Source: a virus (lineage: Duplodnaviria; Caudoviricetes). From it: a stretch of 27,351 bases of DNA. Location: positions 1-27,351 of the IMG/VR virus record IMGVR_UViG_3300031588_000012; one strand, given 5' to 3'. Below, one piece after another: positions 16,701 through 25,017 of the stretch. Below the pieces are notes generated by a model. The model was not told the origin of the DNA. It did no database searches and saw only the letters and a program-made list of their open reading frames with translations. The position numbers and the translations under genes are program-made. Positions within the stretch are counted from its first letter, which is position 1. Every line of letters starts with the position of its first letter.

Positions 16701-19700
16701 ACCGCGTACTAGAGGAGTGGCTTTCGGCCCTGCCCTTGGCGTCTTCGCCGAAATAGCCTGTGCCATACCTCTTCATCATCCTTGCCTGTTCGGAGGACCA
16801 TTCCAAAAGCTCTAATTCAGTCATCTCGCCCGGGTGCTTGGGAGGGCTGGAGATGGATTCGCCTCGCACAGCGGGATCCGCCACCCAGGCCGCGTGGGTA
16901 TACTTGTCACCCCATACATCCTTCCAGCCCGCCTTGCTATGAAGAATGTTTGGGTGATAGGTTTGGAGGTGCAGCCCCGAGGGTGCCTGTTCCAATTTCC
17001 TGAGCTTCGGGGCGTTGATAGCAACCCTATTGTCAAGCTCCCCGCCCAATACCTTGAGCTTGGGGAGGGGGATATATCCATGATGGCCCTCGCCGGGTTT
17101 GACCCATGCCTCGCCATGTGTAGTAAGACCTGGCGACTCGCCGGCAAAGTCGGCGGCTGTTCGCCCGACCAAACTCGACCTGCGTGCGCCGGATTTGGGG
17201 TCTATGCGGTCAAGCTTCAAGTGACCGTCAACAACCTCCAACTTTCTGAGATTAAAGTTATCCGACATGTAATTCTCATTGTCGCTCATCTGCTCCCGCG
17301 CAAACATGCTGTCGCTCATGGCTATGTGCAGGTGAGAATGAACTGCAGTGAGCTTTGGCAGGTTAACATACGTGCCTCGAATGGTCGCAAACTGATTGAT
17401 ATCTATATCTTTTGCCTTAGGGAGGTACTGGGTCACGAGATCGGGATCTCCTTTGGCCCCAATGGTCTTGAGGTCAGGCATTGACGTGTTGTAGATTATG
17501 AACTCCAGTGCCCCCTTCTCATTCCCACCAGTGCGCGCGTAGCGTTCCCCGTATATACCCCGCGAGACCTCTTGAATGCCCGGAATAATTGCACTTTCAG
17601 CCTTGAGCGCCCCAACCTTTTTTAGGTTCCCAAAGTCATAGAGCCTCCGGGAAGGCGTCGTCCAGCCCACTACGGTCTCGTGGGGCCCAATGTCTCCCTC
17701 CCTAACCACAAGGTAGGATAAGGATTCATTCACTAGCTGAATAGAGGATTGATCTATCACATACAGCCCGGGTCCGCTGTGGGTCGAGTGGTCACTTTTC
17801 ACCATGTCGGCCAACGCCTCCCGCCGCGCCAGCCCGACGTCAAGCTTAACCCGGCCAAGCCGGGTTCTGAATAACGACACACTGGTTGCCGTGATTTCCG
17901 ACAAGGAAGGAAGGAGGGAATCGATGATGATGGCATCATTCGCCCATCCGGATCCAGGAACGTGGGCACCCGTGTAGCCGTATGCTGGCGCGGCATTGCT
18001 CTCCCAATTTTCATCGTCTTCTGGGCCGATACGCTTAAGCTTAGGTGCATCAACTCCGACAATTTCGAGGGGCTCGATTATCTCCTCCAGGGCCGGCAAG
18101 TTGAGCCTTCGTCCCCGGCCCTGGCGAACCCGAATCCCCAGTCCATGCCTGCCAGTCGCGTGATCGAGGCCACCTCTGTCAATCGCCTCAGCATCTTCAA
18201 TCGTGGGCGACGCCGCCTCCCTGCCGAAATTCATTTTTGCCCTACTAACAACCCTCAAGGCAGGATATTCGTCATTCATATTCACATCCCCCAGGAATCC
18301 CAGGTGTTGAAGCTTGGGCGCAATGATTGGCCGGGGTCCTTCCGCTTGAATGCGATCCGATGATTGATTCTCCGACTTGGATGTCGTAAAACCTTCACCT
18401 CGACCTAAAAAACTTACGTGGCTGTACTGTTCTATTTTGCCGGTGATGCTTTCAAGGTTCTCAGTATTTAGTACGGGGTGGAGGACCGCGACATTCTTGG
18501 AGGAATAGACGTTATGTGCCCCAATGGAGGCCTCTCGGTCTTCGTATCCAATCGAGATGTCACCTACAATGTGCTTAATGTTCTTAGGAAGGTGCACTGG
18601 GCCCGTTTGGCCTGGCGAGACACGCACAATGACTCCGGCTTGGAGAACGCCTTCATCACTAACTTCAACACCGGATGTCTTTCCGTTATTAGTTACGGCG
18701 TTGTAAATTATGCGAGTAGTATCGGTCGAGTACCTATGGTCACCATGCCCCGCAGCTCGTCGCTCGATTCTCTTAAAGACCTTCGGGTTCGGGCGGCGGG
18801 GGGTTGTGATTGGCTCATCTTCAACGGACTCGTCCCACCAACCTGGCTGGACCTCGTCAAGAATGTCGTGGTCCTCCACCCAAGGATCCAGTGAAAGCTC
18901 GCCATGCACGAGGCGCGTTTTAGACACTTTATTAAGGGCCTCTCTTAGGACAGGGTCCACATCGCCAGACGTGGCGTCTGGCCCCAGCGCCACCAACTTT
19001 GCTAAGGCTCTTGCGAAGTCACGGTCTTGCAGGTAAGCCGCTCCACCCTTGATGTTTTTGGAGCGAAGGTAGTCCTCGGTCACATCAGCGTACGCGGGGT
19101 CAATTTCCTGTGTTTCGAGAGTCCGGCCCTTGGGCGACTCGCCCAGCGTGTCGCCTTCCATCCGAAGCATAACTTGCGGGACGCCGTTATCGTAGTAGGC
19201 ATGGAAGTCACCCTTAGACAGGTAACTCTTGGCAGTTCCCCCTATGCCGATGCACCAGGTGGTCCCAACGGCGGCCTCCTGCAAGGCATTAACGTCCTCT
19301 TGCTCCTTTGATCGCTTAAAGATATGCCAGCCTTTCTTGTTGGACAGCTCAGCTTTCTTCGTAGCGTCTTCCGCCATCTGGATCGCAGCGGCCTCGAAGG
19401 CCTCTTTGATCGTCTTGCCGGCCTCCACCGGTTTGTACTCGAGCACAGGAATGCCCTCATCGCCGTCGATGCCGAAGTGACGCATCCCCACCTCCACCTC
19501 ACCCCACCTCGGCCTGAGCGCATCCCGTACATAGGCCGCGCCCGCCCCAGTGAGAACCATGACTGGATGGTCGTTATCGACCCTAATCTCATCCCTCTTG
19601 CCGTCAGGCCTGTATGAGTACTTGGCCGCATGATAAACAATCATAGCGGCCTCAGTGGGCGTATAGATGTCACCTTCCAATTGTCCGGTTAGGCCTCCGA

Positions 19701-22700
19701 GATCACGATCTGTAAGCCGATATTCAACCCTGCCGTGGTTTGGGAAGGGCACGACACGCTCTTCCAGATAATGTGCAAGACTCGATATAGCATCCATGCG
19801 TTCAGAAGTTCTCTTCCGAGCGTCTTCATAGATCAACTCATTGAGAGATTCCGGCTCCTCTTGCTGGAGCCTCCACATTTCCCGCCCCAAGGGGGAGGCG
19901 AGATCGCGCTCCGCCCCATTATTCATATTGAGTGACTGGAATGGCGGATTTTCGTTTTTGAAGTATTGCTCTACGCGGGTCTTCTCGCTATCAATTACAA
20001 GTTTCGGGAGGTGGGCCTCTATATCCTCCGAAATGCCGTGCTCGCGATATCCTGAGATTGTTTGGAGGATAAGCATAGCAACGTCATCCATCTCCTTGAT
20101 ATTCATAGGCTCCCGCCGCCCACCCCTCTTCGTCTTCCCTTCTATGGAGATTGTCATGCGCTGCCCGGCAACCTTCATGTCCTTATTCTCCTCGGTCATC
20201 GGCCAGGTTAGGTCCTTAAACGTATCGAAAAAGCTTACTAGCGTGGCGTCTTGGTCCTGTAGGGCCGCGAGGTCTTTGCGGCTATACCGCTCCACGGTTG
20301 TATCTCCGCGTTGATGGCCAGTGACAATAGCCTCCCGCGCGTGAGCAACCATGTGAGCTGCAAGGGTTTGCGGATCGGAGTGCTGACCGCCTGTAATTTT
20401 TCGGTAGATGTTCTCCAGTAGCGCGACCAGCTTATCCCATAGGGTTCGCTGCTCTTCAGTCTGCAGAGTCTCTTCGCGGATGAACTGCAACGCCCGCACG
20501 CGCTCTTCCTCAGTCGCAAGATCAGAGCCATATAGGCGAGCAACCTCAACGCTGATCTTGTTTTGCTGAGCCTCGGACAGGCTGCCCCACAAGGCCTCAA
20601 AGGCCTGCGTGAACTCGCCGTCGCCGTAGATGTAGTGCGCTAGCTCGTGGTCTATGTTGCTCTTGACCTCCGAGGCTTGAATGAGGTTCAGGTTGATTGC
20701 AATGGTGCCGTCTTCCTGTAGGCGTGCGGCCCAAAATTCTGCATCACTATCGGATTCAGCTCCTGGGCCACGAACGAGCTTAACTATCCCTTGCAGCTCT
20801 GGATGTTTATCTAAGTATTCCTCAAGAGCCTTAACAACTCCCTTCTCTCGTGTATCAACCGGGGTTTGCTCCAGCTTCTCAAGCGCCTCCTGGCTGATGA
20901 GGTTGTTGCGTTCCTTCTCCTCCTGCTGCTCCTTCTTGTCTGCGTCATGCAGGGCGTTGTGAGCACTAGCCCCATCAGAGCCGTCGTTCACGACCGGGTT
21001 AATGTCTATGGTTACACTGCCATCGTCGGGGTTCAGTGACGTTGTCTCAATCAGCGTGCCATCGGACGGCGTCAGGTTGTTGTCTTGGATGTTTTTTGCA
21101 AGCTCTGCTCGTACTTTCTCATCCTTGCCCACCTCGCGCTCTGTCTGCCCGTTATCTTGAACACTTTCTCCAATGCTCCCGATGTCGATAGTTTCTTCAG
21201 GTCTTGTTCCAGTTTGGTCAGTTTCATGATCATTTATTCCTTCACGTATTGCTTCTGTTAAAGTTTTCTGAAAAGCCACAAGCGAATTAACGGTTGAATA
21301 AGTGTCAGCCTCTTTTCTCGCTTCCTCCTGGTTTGCGTGGCGGATATGAAATTCATTTATGCCAGCGTTCGGGTCTATGAGCACCCGCATAAGCCCCTCT
21401 CCATCAGGGACGGCCTCACCGTTCTCGCTAGCCCATTCAAGGATATCATACACGGAGTCCTTAGCCCAGTTACTGACTCTGGACGGAAGCTTGGGAGCCT
21501 CAATGTCCATGCCGGCCGTTCCGCCACCATCGTCTATGGCATCCTGAATTATTTTTTGCTTGAGGGCCTCATCGCTCTCATTGCCCTCGCTATCTATCGC
21601 GTAGTCGCCTTCATCATATATAGTCAGCTCATCCGCTCGGCCCTCCAGAGCTTGGACCCCTTCCTGATATTCGCCTCCTTCAATTAGGCCGGTCTCATCA
21701 TCCATATACCCCTGGTCAGTTCTTGATAAACCCTCACCAGTGTCACGCCCTCTACCGTACTTAGTGTCTTCCGTCACTTGGCCAAGGAGCTCCACATTTC
21801 CCTCTGCCAAGGCGGCTACATCCTGGCTCTCGTCATACGCCTCTTGAAGCACAGACTGGCCTGGGGCTACGTATTCATGGATAGCAGTTCCTGAGGCCTG
21901 TGCCTTTCGCTGACTTCTCGCAGAGTCCCTGAGGTTGCTGTATTGCTTTTGAGTTAAGCTGTACTTCGTTGGGTTATTAAGGGGAACCGGCGTGGACAGC
22001 CTGGCAGACCCAATCACGTTATAGTTCCCCGCCTTAAGTACTTCATCTAAGGTCATATACTTGACCGCTTTGCTCTTCTTGGTTTCGCCAGCAGGAATAG
22101 GAACTTTGTAGAGGGACTTCTTGCTCGTCCCGCGTGCGCCTGATTTATGAATGGGGAGAATCTGGACTTTAGTGGGGTCAGCCTCAGCGCGAGTCTGATG
22201 GTGCAGGACAACCATCCTGGTGGTGTTACCGACGGAGGATGTGTTTCTTGTCCCAGTCCTCGCGCGCCCCTCGCTAACAAGTATCTCCCCAAGGGCGTTC
22301 AAAGCCTCGCTGTTCTTGGCGTCGTACTCCTTGTTATCTTTGTTCTCTTCAACCTCGGCAATGGCAGCATCAAGCGCGTTACGCAGCTCATCGCCAGCTT
22401 CATGCCCCTCCGGCTCCAGCACATCATAGAACGCTGGATAGGTGACACTCTCGCCCTTCTCCAAGTTGTCATCGCGGGTGCGGACGGATCTGTCGGCCTC
22501 TTGAGTTTGGAAGGCAAGGAGGCCAACCGGGAAGGCGTCGTCCAGAACCGTCAATTTACCATCCCGGATTAGCTTAAGCTCAGTAAGGTTTTTTATGATT
22601 TTAGCAAGGGTGCGGGTCTTGTTCTCGGTGTTGGATATTACGCGCTTCGGTGTTCCACCCATCCGGTTCAGTTCCGCAGCACCCTCAGGGCCGTATTCCA

Positions 22701-25008
22701 CTACTGTCTTGCCGTTAATAACAGCACTGTAAGCTTCCTGCTTGGTCAGTAAGGCGACACGGCTGCGCAATTCTGCTTCATCTACGTAGGATTTCTGCTT
22801 GGTCAGCGAGGCGACACGCTTCTGAAACTCAGCTTCATCTATTTTACCATCGGCGCGCAACCGGAGGAGATCATCCATTTTAATTTTGCCAGCCTCGTAC
22901 AACGCGCTCAGCCCCTCCATTGTGTCGACTTTACCCTGCTCAATAGATTGGATTTCGGTCTCGAGCACCGTAACGTCCTTCTCGAGCTCAGTGATGCGCT
23001 GCTCAACCATGGCCTGCGCAGCCTCCTTGTTCTGAGCTATGGTGAGGGGCTGTACCTTGGGCTTCTCAACCTTTGGAGGCGCAGCGGGAGGGATGACCAC
23101 ACGCGTTGGAGGCACAGGGGGAGTGAGCTGGGCTGGCTCTCCACTCCCTTCACTCTCTCCACCTCTCTGAGTAAAGCTCAAAACTTCCACCCCATCGTCG
23201 CGGACTAGAGGTACTCCGGGAGGGGTGGTTTGGCCTGAACGCGCTGCGTATCCGTCGGCGGGGGTGAGTTTAACCGTTGCCTTCTTCCCAGTATTATCAA
23301 TACCGGGAAGGAGTTTTGCTGCCGCAGCCTCAGCCGCCTCGACCACCTTAGCCGGCGCGTCGCCCAGCGTAACCGGCTTTGCATCGACCGGGGCACGGGT
23401 AAACGCCGCGCGTGCTAAAGCTCTCTGGGACATGTAGTATTCCCGCAAGGACTCGTCAGAATCCTCCCTCGAGAGTAGGCTGATTTTTGAGAACAGGTCC
23501 GGGCTAGGGTCATTAAATCTGATGAGCTGGCCATCTACATCCAGCTCGGCCGTGTCGGCCATCTCCTCAGCCACTAGCGCATCTACATCTGCACGCCCTT
23601 TATGATCAATATGGGCTACATCTACCGGTATAGGGTCGGCTCCTTCCAGTGCGGGTGTCGGGTCAGTCGGGTCAGTCGGGGCAGCTCCTGGCTCCGCATC
23701 TACCGGTGGCTGTGTTCCTCCAGCTAGGGAAGAGAAGACTTCTCCACCACCACCACCCATCACGCCGGCCACGAAGCCCACCTTGGCTGCATGCCACATC
23801 TCCTGCTTCTGTGACCAGGTGAGGTTGTCTAAACTTGAGTCCGCTATGGCGTCATTGACTGACATTCCCTTGGCAGACTTCTCAGCGACGATGCCTACCC
23901 AGGTCTGGAAAGCTTCGGTCCCTGCCTCAATCGTTCCGCCTCCAGCCGTTGCCTTGCTAAAGCGGCCGGGGAAGGAGTCCATGACGCGGCGATAAGTACT
24001 GTCGGTTGCCTGGCGAGTAATGGGTGCCGACCCACCCTTCAGGGCCTTTAAGGTTTTCCCCAGAATCATTGAGGGGAGAATTGTATCAGGGACACCGGCA
24101 ACGATGCCTCCCCAAAATGCATGGTTGAATGCAGTGTCAAGGTCCACATCCGGATCTGTTGCGAGCTGTGAGTATATCTCACCGGCACTGAGGCCAACGG
24201 AGTTCATTCCGGTCACGGCCGATCCGGCGACTTGCTGAAATAGGAGCTTCTTATGGCCGGCTAAGGTCGCTGCCTTCGCCAGGAGCTGCTCCTTTGCGTA
24301 GGCCTTGCCAGTCGCATCCACGGTGCCGATGATGCCTCTCTTGGTGGCAGCCTGAGTCATGAGCTCCCTTGTCCCGTAAGGCTTCAATACACTGACCCCA
24401 AGCTCCTGCTTAAGCTTTGCCTTCACGGCACCCTCAGTGGCACCCTCCCCAAGCTCTCTAACCATGTGCTCTTTCAGCTCCTTCTTGATGGCGTTCTTGC
24501 TTAAGATGCCAGCAAAGAACCCACCCGGAATAGTGACAACATCATCAGGAGTCGGCCCAGGAGCTAACATTCCGCCAATCCCTGCGCCAGCGACACCCAT
24601 TCCGACGGACTCAAGCAGTGATGGAGCGGCTTCACCTATCAAGGAGGAGATAGGAGCTGAGCCAGATGACCGGTATTCCGGCCGAGAGGCCTTTTGGTAG
24701 TTTGCCTGCGCAGCCTTTAGCCAGTCTGTGCCAGTTTCTTCTGCGCCCAGCTTGGTGGCGAGCATTGACCCGGCGGCCTTGAAGGTTCCTTTAGTTCCTT
24801 CCCAGCTCCGGCGACCACCCCGATTAAACTCTTCCCAATTACTGAGAGGGTTTAATTTACCGAGCTCTGCTAGGTAAGCGGCGTGGTCTTCAGGGTATTT
24901 AAGTAAAACATTCTCGCCGTGATCTATGGCGTAGCGAAAGAGGATATCCCTGTCACTACGCTTGTCGTTGGGGTACCGAAGACGAAAGAAATCTATTAGT
25001 TGTCCCAT
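10732..25008 (-). CDS. Giant polyvalent / internal virion (DNA ejection) protein, 4758 aa
   Basis: Uninterrupted 14.3-kb ORF. It has Gly-rich hydrophobic N-terminal segments, HELAH (about aa 1454), a GTTWCIG module (about aa 1918), LPxLxxV-type repeats, HEMLH...HEFVSEA (about aa 2891) and a long helical C-terminal region. Confidence 0.85.
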   Translation of the reverse strand: MGQLIDFFRLRYPNDKRSDRDILFRYAIDHGENVLLKYPEDHAAYLAELGKLNPLSNWEEFNRGGRRSWEGTKGTFKAAGSMLATKLGAEETGTDWLKAAQANYQKASRPEYRSSGSAPISSLIGEAAPSLLESVGMGVAGAGIGGMLAPGPTPDDVVTIPGGFFAGILSKNAIKKELKEHMVRELGEGATEGAVKAKLKQELGVSVLKPYGTRELMTQAATKRGIIGTVDATGKAYAKEQLLAKAATLAGHKKLLFQQVAGSAVTGMNSVGLSAGEIYSQLATDPDVDLDTAFNHAFWGGIVAGVPDTILPSMILGKTLKALKGGSAPITRQATDSTYRRVMDSFPGRFSKATAGGGTIEAGTEAFQTWVGIVAEKSAKGMSVNDAIADSSLDNLTWSQKQEMWHAAKVGFVAGVMGGGGGEVFSSLAGGTQPPVDAEPGAAPTDPTDPTPALEGADPIPVDVAHIDHKGRADVDALVAEEMADTAELDVDGQLIRFNDPSPDLFSKISLLSREDSDESLREYYMSQRALARAAFTRAPVDAKPVTLGDAPAKVVEAAEAAAAKLLPGIDNTGKKATVKLTPADGYAARSGQTTPPGVPLVRDDGVEVLSFTQRGGESEGSGEPAQLTPPVPPTRVVIPPAAPPKVEKPKVQPLTIAQNKEAAQAMVEQRITELEKDVTVLETEIQSIEQGKVDTMEGLSALYEAGKIKMDDLLRLRADGKIDEAEFQKRVASLTKQKSYVDEAELRSRVALLTKQEAYSAVINGKTVVEYGPEGAAELNRMGGTPKRVISNTENKTRTLAKIIKNLTELKLIRDGKLTVLDDAFPVGLLAFQTQEADRSVRTRDDNLEKGESVTYPAFYDVLEPEGHEAGDELRNALDAAIAEVEENKDNKEYDAKNSEALNALGEILVSEGRARTGTRNTSSVGNTTRMVVLHHQTRAEADPTKVQILPIHKSGARGTSKKSLYKVPIPAGETKKSKAVKYMTLDEVLKAGNYNVIGSARLSTPVPLNNPTKYSLTQKQYSNLRDSARSQRKAQASGTAIHEYVAPGQSVLQEAYDESQDVAALAEGNVELLGQVTEDTKYGRGRDTGEGLSRTDQGYMDDETGLIEGGEYQEGVQALEGRADELTIYDEGDYAIDSEGNESDEALKQKIIQDAIDDGGGTAGMDIEAPKLPSRVSNWAKDSVYDILEWASENGEAVPDGEGLMRVLIDPNAGINEFHIRHANQEEARKEADTYSTVNSLVAFQKTLTEAIREGINDHETDQTGTRPEETIDIGSIGESVQDNGQTEREVGKDEKVRAELAKNIQDNNLTPSDGTLIETTSLNPDDGSVTIDINPVVNDGSDGASAHNALHDADKKEQQEEKERNNLISQEALEKLEQTPVDTREKGVVKALEEYLDKHPELQGIVKLVRGPGAESDSDAEFWAARLQEDGTIAINLNLIQASEVKSNIDHELAHYIYGDGEFTQAFEALWGSLSEAQQNKISVEVARLYGSDLATEEERVRALQFIREETLQTEEQRTLWDKLVALLENIYRKITGGQHSDPQTLAAHMVAHAREAIVTGHQRGDTTVERYSRKDLAALQDQDATLVSFFDTFKDLTWPMTEENKDMKVAGQRMTISIEGKTKRGGRREPMNIKEMDDVAMLILQTISGYREHGISEDIEAHLPKLVIDSEKTRVEQYFKNENPPFQSLNMNNGAERDLASPLGREMWRLQQEEPESLNELIYEDARKRTSERMDAISSLAHYLEERVVPFPNHGRVEYRLTDRDLGGLTGQLEGDIYTPTEAAMIVYHAAKYSYRPDGKRDEIRVDNDHPVMVLTGAGAAYVRDALRPRWGEVEVGMRHFGIDGDEGIPVLEYKPVEAGKTIKEAFEAAAIQMAEDATKKAELSNKKGWHIFKRSKEQEDVNALQEAAVGTTWCIGIGGTAKSYLSKGDFHAYYDNGVPQVMLRMEGDTLGESPKGRTLETQEIDPAYADVTEDYLRSKNIKGGAAYLQDRDFARALAKLVALGPDATSGDVDPVLREALNKVSKTRLVHGELSLDPWVEDHDILDEVQPGWWDESVEDEPITTPRRPNPKVFKRIERRAAGHGDHRYSTDTTRIIYNAVTNNGKTSGVEVSDEGVLQAGVIVRVSPGQTGPVHLPKNIKHIVGDISIGYEDREASIGAHNVYSSKNVAVLHPVLNTENLESITGKIEQYSHVSFLGRGEGFTTSKSENQSSDRIQAEGPRPIIAPKLQHLGFLGDVNMNDEYPALRVVSRAKMNFGREAASPTIEDAEAIDRGGLDHATGRHGLGIRVRQGRGRRLNLPALEEIIEPLEIVGVDAPKLKRIGPEDDENWESNAAPAYGYTGAHVPGSGWANDAIIIDSLLPSLSEITATSVSLFRTRLGRVKLDVGLARREALADMVKSDHSTHSGPGLYVIDQSSIQLVNESLSYLVVREGDIGPHETVVGWTTPSRRLYDFGNLKKVGALKAESAIIPGIQEVSRGIYGERYARTGGNEKGALEFIIYNTSMPDLKTIGAKGDPDLVTQYLPKAKDIDINQFATIRGTYVNLPKLTAVHSHLHIAMSDSMFAREQMSDNENYMSDNFNLRKLEVVDGHLKLDRIDPKSGARRSSLVGRTAADFAGESPGLTTHGEAWVKPGEGHHGYIPLPKLKVLGGELDNRVAINAPKLRKLEQAPSGLHLQTYHPNILHSKAGWKDVWGDKYTHAAWVADPAVRGESISSPPKHPGEMTELELLEWSSEQARMMKRYGTGYFGEDAKGRAESHSSSTRYGIKYKMNMTPERQYKHSTLDGFSREEANKAMRAMRKNFPDAQAFLESWETKGEKGFSNKLLEGLIEVIKKSGLAKGVKLRLVKEHPNVGSILGSYNDERNEITIYVGDHETLEQMQQTVMHEMLHAILIRAIGNFQTNRGDKLSPVSMALITKLDGMLVRARKEHERREGRQIKWGKEAHPYGLTDLHEFVSEAMTKPDFQNFLAAIEGQTKGENFLQSLIGVLKDIILDVLDGLGLIDGRSKISDSMLGEVIETTLLTIQDTQQQKHVKTEPYLEENMADERVRSLVRELGLSPEHTEALSVNQGGGTDYAQGRRLRKVSDDPTISADPDVSNESALRGDVAVWTKVQDVLSQMFDKFKLDQLNQDGIDFKQFTSRFLKRPKSPEEVIALINQRLVDNGESVIEKLDINDLVNKERAQHDLWEVLMKTFLKMQKNRAKQEGIVKDELDSIEASNAELQELLSNYTDANTRTKASNKALRNFITALSRNSGESGDMLVKVAKYLKREKIPGAVERVQKILAPGKGATETERGAAGNKLMNLVDAVAAIEVSPGEAIDFSAQGIGEAVELIENNISPELQAVLQSITTNPDDQTAALVLMSYIGRDNQHIFDLSKLRSIGKRGEINKILNLVMTSDETAVNKARVSIRGLLAHRSLAERLLIKLTEHKREHRKKVKGMRDAQAFIDFDNSTRKILIEEMASIEGALQIEQRPDSVVKGSSLWKATEGSQYVVPTSPDQSSTSIQKTKPTEFTLIPRKTKGMSPKKYQQKLAVEMEALYLWLHYPGRKKDKTWNYMKRVYDVISSEHTVRDHTAARDSVTLMAAGTFRDQLEQTGSPILGNIIHRIAQFEAFSRRHKELEPLSADWVESETAAIKALGLSKREGSKTIFNDLVYGPALAYFESNQQLLDEHDSVEEAINAGLKNVELMLRNGENLISVALRSNPEAWPAVEELLRLTGSMSKTIIEHQEGMGLKVKHGKGKQEHFRKAIGAELFTVSRSIGGEIATLAIDMGKDGSEWMKIWTHVDEGGVEQSRSVTKSVSDVRKDTAEAYLDPDKNAELRETTKKQYSGNVWNQFVRPLVEQAGESLFDEGGTKGDEDNRYHRRASRSEVIDAFNSVEEGDIVGFAEKLYEITNGNMSGDQASQEAMAEHVGKVTGRLQNKFNVLYSNIDQALNPDSVKDNQITLRRVMLDARTTEGFPSDWVSYSTFEEQQVLSIMRVFSAHAAFGQQLEPLKQEFAAAEREFGEQLGVLESIRSRLHGGKITLAQAKQEAKDLYGPAGWKTLKSASDNLKRLTRVKARILAMIGNEAARTPAEMGASYEVLQMLTGLVVQSGKTAIIDTSSMFAMPFAKFGFNRMGIVQSLRGFSTLTQAAGSFFQALGRQVDMDAGWQTKFNELHHGDQDAMRDGMTRIVAAVNREVPGLDPMADSVWGKTRNVAKKGAVYFSRSVRELLGTGIMGFGKMGHEARYATLHPHAVFTQAGLWMTAANTINGWKAYHKLVTDAVEYLDANPEADIGKGFRFTHKNVKGGFFGTHMSEDAFNYMTDMLATYGMSLESLAQEARRKRMAGGKSEVFNNDQLRRLALMAQAEITKETSIMSRPSYVFSSHGGRMTNPLVGWSIEKAADVRRNWKANDAAGEFNYRLMLQSMMPYLAMMPISLAFVWLRERWEEKMLRKKANILEFKWENEKGESDIISRHNALAFLDRTSRVGMFGITGDAANAKLNPETGRNFSIENRVFFLSVIGGMAEQTSKWLATGRPMDYQQMVRPGLQMVGLGGYLEWAQILNTVTGDGSGLPGLSQEAKVTKRLNAENWMRVAGRMQHLSVKPGWRGGVTSHRLVKPHYNNMALGAISNDINMFTEAVADARRTLREVAERDGETLDEDEIDARVRAGFLANHPVRKVFSPLPTETQYKALIQAIPEEYRSDIEAAVEMYNSYGELHLGQEPWRGKSESSGKSKRKSGSNLQPRRAPGPSGDRRKEIMRKALGY

Positions 25009-25017
25009 TTTTGTTTA

